This document shows, one piece after another, positions 22,292 to 34,623 of a DNA stretch of 64,000 nucleotides. Under the pieces are notes generated by a model, which worked only from the letters and a program-made list of their open reading frames with translations, did not search any database and was not told the DNA's origin. Numbering within the stretch: position 1 is the stretch's first letter; each line of letters opens with the position of its first letter. Position numbers and translations under genes: made by a program. Source of the stretch: Camelus dromedarius. Its lineage: Eukaryota. The stretch spans positions 20,276,001-20,340,000 of the forward strand of contig NC_087437.1 of NCBI RefSeq assembly GCF_036321535.1, given 5' to 3'.

Positions 22292-23232
22292 TGGTCTGTG
22301 GTCTTTTGTGGTCAAGAGAATAGCAGGCAAGAATTAGGGCCACTATAGGGCTCCCATGAGGCGCCAAGAACATCTTTGTTTCGAATGTCTTGGGCTTTGT
22401 CCTCAGGATGTATGGTCTGTCCGAGCCCCTCCCACATTGGCTCCACACAGGCACAGAGCTGGTCCCAGGCATTCAGATTCAAAAGAAAGTTCAGAATCAG
22501 TTCATTCTACTCCCTGAGTCACTGAATCAGTGAGACCTTAAGCAGGGGGACTGCTGTCAATGTCCTCTGGTCTGATCTCCACCAAATGAGCATCCACGAC
22601 AGGCCTTTGCAGCCTTCTGATTCGAGGAGACCACCTTGTGCAGCTTTTTCCATCACCTGAAGTGTTATTTGCCCCATTCGTTCCTTTGAGCCTCACAATA
22701 ATCCCGTGAGGTAGCTGGGACATCTACTGTTATGATGAGTCAACTGAGGCTAAAGATTCAACATCTTGATCAGAGTCATTCCAAGGTATAGACAAGACCA
22801 GACTCCCCACCATCCACTCCTGGCCCAGGGCCCACCAGCCTGAATCTACCTACTTTCCTATTCATGCAGCTCACAGGTATTGCTGAAGACCTACTATGTG
22901 CTAAGCGCTCTACCAGCAGCTGTGGGCAAGGGGACTTGCTAGTTGCCGAGGAGAAACGATCAGGCATAGAAATTATACAAGAGACAGATGCTGAGGGAGA
23001 GAGAGGAGAGGTCACAGGAAGAAAGGGGATCTGTTCACAATCCCAACCCATGCTCTTACTTTCCCCTTCTTAAGAAAAAACACCAGCTGAAGTTTGGGGT
23101 TTCATATCCATTGAATGGAAATAGACACTTTTGTGAATTTTCCCAATCAAATAGCTCTTTTCTCTCAGGCTGTGTCTGCACATTTACAAGGAGAAAATCT
23201 TGAATTTTTAGTCCTCACAATCCCCTTAGTTA

Positions 23233-23317
23233 AATAAAAAGAGATTCTTCAGTCATTTAGACTGACTTAAATATTTTAAATCAAAATCCAGAATTCTCCC
23301 AAAATTATGGCAGTAAA
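23233..23317 (+). terminator. Candidate proximal poly(A) signals (AATAAA 23233-23238, AGTAAA 23312-23317)
   Basis: Both hexamers lie in an AT-rich island. The second is followed by a U/GU-rich tract (tttttgagttggattttgattt). Confidence 0.4.
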
Positions 23318-24518
23318 ATGAATATTTTCTTTATATGTTTAAAAGCCAATTCTTTTTGAGTTGGATTTTGATTTAAAATATTTAAGTCTGGTATGCATGA
23401 GAGATTTTTCTTCTGCTAGGTCTTTCTTTCGGTTTGGCTGGGCATGGGAAGTGGTCCTCGAGCCCTCTGCTGCCTCCGACGGCTGCATCACAGTCACGGC
23501 TGAGTGAGCTGTTTGGGGCATGTGAAATCATTTTATGTTGTGGGGGTTTGGAGGGGGTAGGGAGCAGGTGGCAGTGGCATGTGGCCAGGACAGCAGAGTT
23601 GCCTCATTTGTGACTGGACTCATACATAGAGAGACAACGGAGTCAAGTCAGAGCCCTCCCCATCAGCTCCTGCCAGGGTGGTCACTCTGCATGCCAGCCC
23701 CGAGGACGAAGCACTTGAAATGTTGCTGCTGGGTCAGTGGGCACGTAGAGTGTTCCAACAGCCTCCTCATCACTGTGGGTGAGAACAAGAAGGGGCGGTG
23801 ATGCACAAGTAGCAGAAGCTTTGGGGGAGCCTCCAGGTGAGCAGTGAGTAATGTCACTTGCTCTCTAGCGGGGATTCTAACCACAGGTGAAAAACGTCAT
23901 TAATCAGCCCAATGTTTTCCAGGCTCCATCTGCTGGTATCTGGGAACCAAAATTCCCCACATGGCCAGATACCCAGTGGTCTCTCACCTAGACAGCAGCA
24001 GCAGCAGATGCAGATTTGTACCCGGGAGGCACAGCTGATCGGTTTGGCCGCAGGCCAGACCATTGCTTATCTTGCCAAGTGGATGACCAGATCCTGCTCT
24101 CTGCAGGCTGAAATAGATAGGCTGAAATCTCTCACATGACTCAGGTGACCGGGAGGAAGAGAAAGAGGAGGAGGAGATGGAGAAGATCAGGACAGAATGA
24201 GTTGCCCTAGTGGAGGAAAGCAATCAGCTAGTTGGTTATCTGTCTTAAAGAAATACTACAAGTGTATTCTTGTAGGCTTAATCAAATGCTATAAATCTGA
24301 GCAACGCCCCAATTCATCTAGTTACCAAAAATGTGATGTCAGTGGGTTCTGATTTCACTAGCTCTTTCTTGAACGTAAGCAATCATCCTATCAAGCAGGG
24401 CTTAGCCCACACTTCTTTGCATGTAGCAAGGGCTGTGCCCGGTGGCCCCGGACTCTGCAGGGAGAGGGCTCCTGGAGGGAAGGCAGCGTCCTCCATTCCT
24501 ACACATATGGCAGGGCTC

Positions 24519-24848
24519 AGGGACTGGCAAACTTCACCTGCAGAGGGCCTTTGCAGACCACGTGGTCTCTTGCAAGTATTTGACTTGACCACTGCAGCAT
24601 GAAACCAGCCGCAGACAATATACTTAAATAAATGGGTATGGCTGCATCCCCTCAAAACTTTATTCATGACCACTTAAAAAAAGCAGGCAATTCAAATTCA
24701 GATTATTGTCACATGTCACAAAATGTTATTATTCTTCTGATTTTTATTTTCAGGCATTTAAAAACAGAGAAACCTTTCTGAGCCCACAGGACTTACAAAA
24801 ACTAGCAGCCGACCAGAGCTGGCCTGTGGGCTACAGTTTGCACCTCTC
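24519..24848. mobile_element. MER58B-like hAT MITE in the 3' UTR
   Basis: cagggactggcaaac...cagccgcagacaata...atggctg...aaaactttatt...tcacatgtcacaaaat...tggcctgtgggctacagtttg. Confidence 0.7.
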
Positions 24849-26637
24849 AACCATGCATGCGTGGAAAGCAGCCTTCTATCTGACAAGGGAAAGCAGATTA
24901 CTACCGTAGGCCCGCTCATCCACAACCCAGTGGTCTTTGCCTCCCAAATGAACAGCAAACAACTCCACAGTGCTTAATTAAACTGTTTTAAAAATCTATG
25001 TTCAAAGTGGAAAACAGAAACAAAACCCCCCAAAATCTTTGTCCCTTGCTGAATTGACTCAAATGCAGGCAAGCATTCTTCAAGAGCTAAAAGCCTTGGG
25101 TCGAGGAACTGGCTGATCACTGAGCACAAACGCCACTGAGCTGAGGGCCAGCTCCCAGGGCTCACACTGGCCCCCAATACCTCAGCCCGTAATGATTTCT
25201 AAGCAGGAACGTTCATTATCTCAGACTGATTTCCATTCAGTCCTGCTCATGCCGCTGCTCTAAAAATGATCATAAAGACTTGTGACTGTTTGAATCGATA
25301 GCAACGTAATCAGTAGAAAGCCCGACCCCGCATACTTCAAAATTAGCAATCTCCTTGGCCATGCGATTCAACGTTAGCCAGAGGAAGAAGAGGACTTTCT
25401 TTTTAACCATTCCCTCATTTAAATTAACCAAATCGATTTTACCAAGAAAAAAAAAAGTAAGGGAGCTGGTCTAATCCTTTGAAAGAATTTGGTGCAAAGT
25501 AGATGCTTCTCAGGTAAGATCATTCTGAGGCCTTTGGGGGATCCCGAAAGCCTCCTGCGATGTGCTCTGGTAGGCTATAGATACTCCACCATCCTCTATC
25601 TGCATCGGACATTTATCGAGGCTGACAAGCCAAAGCCCTGGGCACAATTTAATTTTCATGTAACCACTTTCTGTTGTCCAGCTGTAGGCAAGGGAAATGT
25701 GTAATGAAAGTTTTGAAGTCTACTCCAGCACCTTCATTTCCCTGCTTTGATTTGCTTTACTTTATAAATTCATTCTGCGCCTTCTTTATAGATCTGGCTC
25801 TAGTTTTCCTTTGGCACCAACTGGAAAGAAGAGTTGGCTTGCTAAGGGCTATGGGTTAGAAGCCAAACTTGGCTCTCCCGGAGAGACAAAAAGAGACAGA
25901 AAATGTTACCACCACCAGCGCCCCAGAAAGCAATCAGACACCCCCTGTATGCCATTCGTGAACAGATGGGATTCTGTGTTTGCAGCTCTGTTCCATGGAA
26001 TGCAGCAAACCCTTGCTCAGCGCCCGTGGTGTACCAGGCCTCGTGCCAGGAACAGGAGAGGGAGGATGGATGAGACGTGGCCCTGCCCGTGAATATCTCC
26101 TGGTCTTGCAAGCTGCTGGGATGTTTCCTTTGCCCTGTTGGAGGCTGTCCATGAGCAGTCAGGACTGTGGGGGCAGAAGTCTGGGGTTGGGAGTGGGGGG
26201 ATAACTTCATTGGGCAGCTCTCTGCTCTAAGTCAGGTGGTAGGTGTGATTCTGGGAGCCCTGCCACACATTTCTGAGGCCACGTGGAGAGATCTCTAGGG
26301 AAGCAGGCAATGCTTCTCTACATGTTTCTCATTCCACCCCAGTTCCCTTGTAGATAGAAGCCCATCACCCTGCCTAGTGGGCAGAAATAACATGGCGGAT
26401 GGCTGAGATTCAGTGGAAACCAGCCAAAGCAAGTTCTTAATTATAAACAACAGACAGCCAGACGTCGGAAGTTAGAAAGGGTAACCCAGGTCCAGGGGCC
26501 AACATGAGCCAAGGCCCACAGCCACAGGACAGCCTGATGTAAAAAGAACCCCTGGGAGGCCCTGGGTCGGAGCTGAAGAGGGAGGAAGGGCTGACTCTGG
26601 AGGACCTGCCGCAGATTCACACCCGACCCTGTGGAGC

Positions 26638-26770
26638 CCAGCTTCTCAAGTGTCCTTGGACCAGAGCAGCCGCATCACCTGGAGACAAGTGAGAAATGCA
26701 AATTCTCGGGCCCCACCTATGACCTGCTGAACCAGGAACTTTGGGCGGGGTCCAGAGTCTGAGAACTGCT
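26638..26770. mobile_element. MER5A-like hAT MITE in the 3' UTR
   Basis: ttctcaagtg...gcatcacctgg...agaaatgcaaattctcgggccccacc...tgagaactgct. Confidence 0.75.
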
Positions 26771-29700
26771 GATGTAGAGGATGAGGAGCAGGATTTAAGC
26801 TGGCATTGGGAGGAGATGACTGTTAACAAGACATAATCAAAAATAATTGTGTCATGATGAGAGCGGGCAAAAGCAGACTGCCCCACCCAACTCCCAGGCC
26901 CTCCAGGCTCCCACCCACACTCCCTGAAGCAGTGGTTTCAGGGAACCCTGGTCCTAGTCCCAATTCCACTCCTTCTCTCGGGCATGAGCCACTTCCTGCT
27001 GGTCTGTTCTGGATCATCCTGGAGAAAGACACAGCCCCGGAGAAGCTGGAGTGAGGCCACACATCCTTTGGGAGGCCATCTTCCAGGCTCCTATAAAGTG
27101 AGCAGCCTCTTCCATGGCTGTATTTTAAGAGGAGGCAATTGACCTGCAGCAGTGGCCCTGCAGCTTCAGGAGGACTGGTCTCCACACAGCCTCGATGCCG
27201 GTGGAGCCGCCCGGGGCACGGGAGAGAGCAGAGCCAGGTCATTTAAGGGCGTTGCCAGGTTACTGCAGCATCGCTCCATTTGTAATGGGATGGGGCCCGC
27301 AGCGTCACAATGCAGGCACTAAACTGGATGGGGGAATGAATGGCTTTTCTTGAAAGGGCAGTAACTCACTCTGGATGTTCCTGAAAGTAGAAAACCAAAA
27401 CCAGAAACAAACCTGCAGCCTTCCTAGAGACAGTGTCTTGGCCCTCAAATTTCTAAGACCCACAAAGGTGCCAGGCTCCACCAGTGCCCTTTTTCTCCAT
27501 CAACCTGATCCCTGAGGTCCAAGATTGATTTTGCTTTTTGATCTATGGCTTAAACTCTGTGAAGGTCTACAAATCTTTGGAAGGAACTAGTTGGTGTCCT
27601 ATCAATCATTTACACCTAGCTGTGGGGTACAGAATCTGTTCTCATATAAGGATTTCTGAGACCGGGAGTCAGAGGACTGGGGTGCTGGGCCTTGGGGTGG
27701 AAGCACAGAGGAGAAATGGGCTGGAAAGGAGCCCAGAAATATGTCCTGGGTGATCCAGCACCTGCTTTTCAGTTCCTACAAACTCCAGTCGCCTCCTGAC
27801 CAGATACATCCTGGTCCTCTCCTGGCTGAGTCCTCCCAAATGCCCTACAGGACACACCTGTATCTCCAGCCCAGCTTGGAAAAGGTCTTCTGATTAAATG
27901 CAGTCTCCTGAGACCACAAAGATCATATCGGGAATAACTCACCTCTAATAGATTAGAATCAACTAACAAGAACAACTAAGGCTGGCCAGCTGCGTGCTGG
28001 GGAGACAGAGTGGGGAGAACCGGACAGACCCCGGCGGGTAAGGCCAAGGTTTCTTCAAGTCCCTTAGATCCAGAAGAGCTCTTCTTTACAGCCTGGCCTC
28101 TCTTTGTAAATTATCTTCTGAAGCACTTCTCTCCCAAGACCTTAAGGCAATTTTATGTGTTTCCCTAAGGTTAGTCACTTAGCACAAATGCTTCTGTGGG
28201 ACCAAAGGACAAGGAATGGGATGGCAGAAAGGGGATGGAGAGGCCTTTGTTCTGGAAACAGGGTGGGCTTCGTTCTCGCTGACAGGCCCGGACCTGTGTC
28301 CAGTCAAGCAGGACAGGGACACGTTACGGACTCAGGGTGAGGAGCTCTGTGTAAAGTGAGTGCATAAGGGGGCGTGCTAGCTGGGAAACCTGGGCACAGG
28401 TGAGACACAGTGTGTCACTGGGCAGGACACACCAACCACTTAACGCTTGTCAGAAACAAGAGAACCGTGTCCCAACACGGGCTAGTTCCTCCCATTCTGA
28501 GGAGCAGGGAGGAGCTGGTACCTCTGGACCACCGGGGTGACACATCTCCAGAGTCAGGGTTCCACTCCGTGGGAACTTGCAGTTGAGTGAAAAGGACCAC
28601 AGCCCTCACTTCCCAGGCCCCTGACTGGGTGTCTGACCAGGACCCTGGAAAACATCATTGTGTGAAGCTAGGCCCCAACTCTTGCCTCCTGTGCTGTCAG
28701 AGGCCTCCTCCCGAAGCCAAGAAGAGTAGCTCACCTATCACAGCACCCTGGGTGTCCAGCACAGCGCCTGGCCCACAGCACGCGCTCCCTAAATGCTGAA
28801 GTAAATGGAACACCAGAGATCACTTAACCTCCATGAACACGTGGGGGTTGAAAAATTAGGATGCTCCAATGGAGGAAGACAGCTTCTATCTTTTCTCTTA
28901 ATGGAGAAGTTGAGGTCTTTTATAAAACCAGCTGCAGGAGGAGTGGAAGTGCAGCAGTACAATACTCTTGCTGCCCCCAGTGGAAAAAGAAGAGAGTGAG
29001 GTTGTTTGGAGAGGGACCCTCTCCCAGCTACAACCAGTAAAACGAGCCCCTAGGCCAGGAGCAGGCGCAGGTGGGCATCGGTGAGCCCATGTGCTCCACC
29101 GCAGAGGTCACAGGCAGCGTCCCAGCTGAGAAGAGGGAGCCCCGCTCTGCTGGCACCCCCAGCCCTGTGCTGCTCTCCAGTCTCTTTTATCAGATTCAGT
29201 GCAGAGGAGATTCATCAAGATGAAGCTCAGTTCCCAACAGACTAATGAAAAGAGGGCAACAGACGTGAGAAGAGCAAAAATGCAGACGGTGTGTATTAAT
29301 CACAGGCAACAGAAACACGTCGGCTCTAATGTCTGTTCGCTTTTATCTTCTGCCCAGACCCTTTTTCCTGAGCATTTCAGAACAGAAATGGGACACACAC
29401 GCGCACACACAAATGTGGAGGGTTCTTTTCCCCAAAGGAAACAGCTATCAGAGAAACGAGCCCACAGATTGTGTCTATTTGCAGAAGCAGAGAATCGACC
29501 ACACGTCTCAGCTACAGGCACCAGCCCCCGATGGAAAAGGCAGTGAAGGGGATGAGGAAACACCGACCCTTGGGAAGGGTTCTTTAACAGCACTGTGATG
29601 AGGGTCCCGCTCATGCCTGGGGGCCACAGATGTGAACATAAAGTGCACATCCACCCCCAGAGACAAAACTGCATTGGTCCTTGTCGACAGGGAAATCGAG

Positions 29701-31921
29701 GATCCGGAGCCCACCCCCCACGCCCAGCTCCCTTACACGGCTACAGAGGGAATGCTGACATGTGAGGTTCGGAAGAGGTCATGCCCGCCTTCACTAGTCA
29801 ATTTCAAGTGGTGGAAATAGAGCAGAAGCTTTTTGGAGGTCAGGAAGCTAGACCTGGTACCCAGGGCTGATCACTTAAAAAGCAAGAGAAGAGACTGAGG
29901 GGAAAGGTGACTCAGAGTTGGAGAGGGAAGAGGTGAGGCTGGGTAGGAGGGACAGTAATAGGGGCAGCCCTCACTTGGGAAGCCAGAGGACTGTTCTGTG
30001 TTGAGAGCTGTATCCAGGTGTCAGCCGACTATGGGTGAGTCTGGTCATGTGACCACAGAGGCAGGCAAATCAATAGCTTCCAAAGTCAGAGCTCTTTGAA
30101 GGTGACTTCAGTTCTTGAGTGAACCAGTGGTGATGGATCAATCCACCTGAGCTCAGTGGCTTCCGGAACGGGTTGTTGGTGGCCTGAGCTGGGCAGGCTT
30201 GAAAGGAGATTGAAAAAAACAGACGGTGGGTTTGGAAAAGAAATGGCCTGTTTTCAAAGAAGTCAGTAGGTATGAAAGTGGGTGTGTTATGTTATTGGCC
30301 AGGACATTGCAATGTCAGTAAGGCAAGGGCCAGAATGATTTGGTGGGACATGCATTTGGAAAATTAATGTGCTAAATATAAATGATCAGAGACAAGCAGC
30401 TAAGGACAGCTAAATATAGGTGTCACATACATATCTATAATACAGAAATAAGTGAGACAGAGAATGAAGATGTCTATGGTCCTGGCACATTTTAAATTCC
30501 TCGCAAGCACTGGTTTGGATGTTACACTTTTTCTTCTTGTTTACTTCTAGCCCTCAAAGCACTGGGAAGAGTGCCTGGCACATAGTAGGAACTTGGAAGC
30601 ACTGAGAAACTGAAGGTCCAGCTTGTCACCTCTAGGTAGACACCCAGTCATGTCACTATACCCCAAGTGAAATGAGCTGCAGAGAAGCAGGTCAGCCACA
30701 CACACACCCCCACCCCCGGTAGATCATCACAATCGGCTGAGGAGAAGCCTTTGTGAATTCACAGCTTCAGTGCTGAGTTCAGCCAACCGCAGGTCCTGGG
30801 ACTGGCTCTCTGGTGGTGATCAGTGGTGGGATGTTGCATTCAGTGAATTGGTACCACTTAAACTGTATCTGTTAAACCTCCCAGCAAGCTATTTCTACAG
30901 GGAACAGGGCTGGGGGCCCCCCTCCTACGGCTTCTGCCGTTTCCTGAACCCTCGGTGAAGTGCTGTTGAACTTGGCCAACTTTAGGCAGTCTTGGAAATA
31001 AATGTACAGATCTGGGGCTCAGCTGGTCCAAAAGGTCTAGCGATTTCTTCTCCCAGACTTTCCCTTCTCTCTTATCAGGAGCTGTCACCACCGTTTAGAG
31101 CCTTAGATGGCTGTTTATTCCCAGCTACTCAACCTCAGTGACAAGGGGAAAGGTCCGGTGAGCTTTCTCTCCTCAAAATCTCTGCAGTGTTGACACTACG
31201 GACAAAGGACCAGCAGTGTCATTTTATGGAATCACCTTCGATCACTGTTACTGTCTGGGCAGTTACTGCTGGGCTGGCCAGAACGCCTCTGGCGGCGGCC
31301 AACTGCATCTCCGCAGGTGGGCCAGTGTGCACCTGACACGTGTCAGATTTCTGAGATCTTCCAGTTGCCACAGAGTGAGTTCCTTTAATTCAGAAAATGT
31401 GTTTATTTGCTAAAGATACTACTGTGTGTGTGTGAGTGTGATACAACGCAAACTCTGGACTCTCTCATTAGAAGGATGGGGTACATTTACAGGATGTTGA
31501 ATCTAATTGCAGGAGAGCACACTGTCATCTTGCTCAACAAACGAGGTTGCCCAGTCACAGGGATGCAGAGAAAATGCCCTTTCACCTCCCCCTACCCTCT
31601 CTCAGCACCCCTCCCCTGCCTGATTGTGCTGTCCCAGCCACTCCAGGCTGACAGAGTGAGCGGCACCAAGAACCTGTATGTATATAAAGCTATAGGAAGA
31701 AGGTGACCATCATAGGAATCTGCTGGGCTTCTTGCCATGACTGTGATCTTACCCATCTTTGAATCACAAACTGTAAATTTCTAACAACTAAGATTCTTGC
31801 GGTTTCCAAGTAATGTGTTAAATGCTGATTTAACACAGATATTTATTTTCAGCCTTGGCCTGTAAATGCCTACAAACCAATTCATGTTGGTGGTCATTAC
31901 GGCACTTCCGGTGAATTGGTG

Positions 31922-31927
31922 AATAAA
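31922..31927 (+). terminator. Distal polyadenylation signal AATAAA
   Basis: Upstream TGTA elements at 31675, 31679, 31772 and 31861, CA dinucleotides about 16-19 nt downstream, and a U-rich element gttttttattcttt at 31967-31980. Confidence 0.72.
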
Positions 31928-32741
31928 TACGATTTTAGAATTTCACAGTAAAGTCGACCTTGGAGAGTTTTTTATTCTTTCAGACTATTTGATGAGGTGA
32001 GACACCAAGAACAGCTTCGGCTGGGTCAATATTCTCTGGGGCTCTGTCCTAAACCCATGCAAGGAGAAGAGAGGGATGAAGGATGTGAGAAGTGGTGGCA
32101 TGGCAAACTGACCCCTCTCAGGCCTCCATCAGGGCATCCTGTTACCCCCGGGGCTGAACTCAGCAGCACTGTTGCTGGAGACCGATATAAAGGCAATCCT
32201 AATGCATTTACTGAGCACGTACGATGTGTGTGATTTTAATTAAGATGAAGAAGATGACACCTGGAGGAGCTGGGGGCACTGTGGAGGGTGGGGCCACTGA
32301 GCACAGGTCTCTCTCCTCACCTGTTCCTTCCTGCTCTTCCACACTGGCCTTCCCCCACACCCAGGTGCCACCCGGGGCCACCTTGCCCCTGAAGCCCACT
32401 GAAGATGGGCTGCCTCCCCATCCAAAGCGAGTGGAGATCCAAGCACTGCCCTGGGCATCTGTGAGCTGCAGATACAGCTTCTATTCCCTCTTGATTCATA
32501 TTGGACCCATCCAGGGGTTAAGTTTTACCTTTTGCTTCCAGGGAGAAGTAGGGAAAATTCAAAGTATCCTTGGAAGCTCTGGGGTCATGGAGGGGATAGC
32601 AGTGCATGGCACACAGCAAACGCCACATATAGGTGTTGTCATTATTTAAACTCCTCTGGCTCCCCTCCCCTGCCGCGGGCCCTCTGCCTGCCCTCTCTAC
32701 CCTTTCCTTCCCTCCCCCTGCTCATCTGTCCCCATCTCGGA

Positions 32742-32744
<3 letters not shown>

Positions 32745-32773
<29 letters not shown>
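32745..32773. repeat. A29 homopolymer
   Basis: Counted directly. Confidence 0.95.
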
Positions 32774-32776
<3 letters not shown>

Positions 32777-33047
32777 CCTTCTTTTTCTCTTTGAAGAGAA
32801 GCTTTGTCATGTTTTCTTCATTCACTGGTTTCCAGCCAAAACCCACGCCCACTCTTCTACTTCAGGCAGTTCATCATGATCGTCTCCCAAAGGCAGATCC
32901 TTCACACTGGAAGAGGGGTTGTTCTGCCTGATGTTAAGACAGCATGTTTATCACACAGAACTATATTTTTTCTATCATTTCTCAGAGAGGCGAGAGGCAG
33001 CCCAAGAAGTCTTTGTCTGGGGGTCTTTCCGTCTTCACCTTGATAAC

Positions 33048-33049
<2 letters not shown>

Positions 33050-33122
<73 letters not shown>
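33050..33122. repeat. (AC)n microsatellite, ~36 units with one interruption
   Basis: Seen directly. Confidence 0.97.
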
Positions 33123-33125
<3 letters not shown>

Positions 33126-34219
33126 CCTTGGCTTTCTCTGGAGCCCAGCATAGCAGATCCCTGACAGGTCTCACCATTCCCTTCTTCCCCAAACAATCAG
33201 GCTCATGTTCTTGCTGTCCGATAAATAGATTCTTCATTTTCTTTCTGTGCCTCTTCCCTCTCCTCTCTTTCAAAAGCATCCCCTCATCACTCAGCCTCCA
33301 TAGTGGCCTTCTCCCGGCCTCCCTCTCTGGCTCTGTGCCCACTACAAGGCGGAAGCTCCTCTGGGAGGTGCCCTTCCAGGCTGACAGCCTCCAGAGACTT
33401 TCAGGAACTCACCGTTCACATACAAGGCCCCTGGATCTCAGGGATTCCCCAGCCCCTTGGAGCAAATGAGCTAGATTCTTTAACCTGGAAAAGTCCTGGT
33501 TTATCAGGTTTGAATATAGGGTTTTACATTAGGTCCATGGCAAAAAGTAACAAACACCAACCAAAACGAAGTTATAAATGACCAAACTATTGATAAAAGT
33601 GCCGGGCAGAGGTTTCATCTTAATCATACCTGTGTTCATGCTCTAGTGGAGAACCTGGGATACAAAGGGGTCAGAGAGAATTTATGCAACTGAACTGAAT
33701 TCAACCTCAAATCCAAGATGCTCAATGGCCCGGCCCAGGTAGCAACATAAGGGTGTAGATGTTCACCCTTACATTGCTCCACTGCTTGGCATGAATCCTA
33801 GGTCTTGGTATTCCCAAAGCACGTGGTGAACACTCCCATCGCCATGCTTTTGCTCTACTGGCCCTGCTACCTGGAATGCCTCCCTCCTCTCGTACCTGAG
33901 ACCCTGGAAGTCTTCTCTCTCATAGGAAGTTCCACTCCTGAGCTCCAGAGCTCTTGATCAGGGGTGCCATCCCTGATTTCCCCAGTGGAATGTAGTCCTA
34001 CCATCTTCCTGGAGCAGGGCCTGCCCTGCTGTGAAGTGCCCCAAGCGGGCGGTGGGAGGAACAGGGCACAAGGCTTGCTCTAAGCCGAACTCGAATGCCC
34101 ACGGAGGTAAAGCGGGTAGTGTAAGTGAGCACAGCTACCTGGATGGGGCTTTGGGTGAAAAGAAAAACGCAGGCAAGTCCAGGGGGGCAGCTGCCCCAGC
34201 CAAGTGTTTCAGTGCAAGG

Positions 34220-34420
34220 ATGTTTGCCCATTATTTGCCAGATCTTCTGATTTGTCTTTCAACACAGTCAGAAATCCCGGGTTTTCATGTGAAATCTACC
34301 AGATTTTAAATCCTGGCAACTAATTCATATGTTTTACCAAATGCCGTGTGGACTCCCCCAAAAACGAACCAGCAGGCTGACTTCAGCGCACAGGTGGCCG
34401 TTTTGTGACCTCTGCCCTAG
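34220..34420. mobile_element. hAT-Charlie MITE remnant (MER102/MER103-like)
   Basis: tgtgaaatct...gattttaaatcctggcaactaattc...ttttgtgacctctgccctaga. Confidence 0.55.
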
Positions 34421-34623
34421 ACTGTATGAGTGTGGACCAGGTGAGCCTGACTAATCATAAAAGCGAGATGATCATAACACCCTGGATTCAGATGGTTTGG
34501 TCCTGTGGGTCCTGGCTGCTCACAAACGGCACTGCGAGGGCGGCAGAGGGAGCAGAGCTGAGAGGAGCAGAGGTCAGCCACGTCGGTATTCAAAGGCATG
34601 ACCAGGGGGAGCAGGCTGCTGGG

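Larger units (their letters stand above)
20963..31945 (+). other. CLSTN2: Inferred long (~11 kb) CLSTN2 3' UTR
   Basis: Runs from the stop codon to a well-formed poly(A) site at 31922. Human CLSTN2 has a 3' UTR of about this size (recalled, not aligned). The end point is approximate. Confidence 0.65.

Noticed and set aside
23993..24007. (CAG)5 giving polyQ in ORF 23912-24139
   Set aside because: Short UTR triplet repeat with no evidence of translation.
28201..28207. miR-9 seed match ACCAAAG in the 3' UTR
   Set aside because: A single 7-mer is expected by chance in 11 kb. It needs conservation data.
31280..31300. CTCF-like gcctctggcggc on the minus strand
   Set aside because: Core is one G short of the consensus spacing.
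32902..33342. ORFs with CVCVCV/HTHTHT runs
   Set aside because: Translation of the (AC)n microsatellite.
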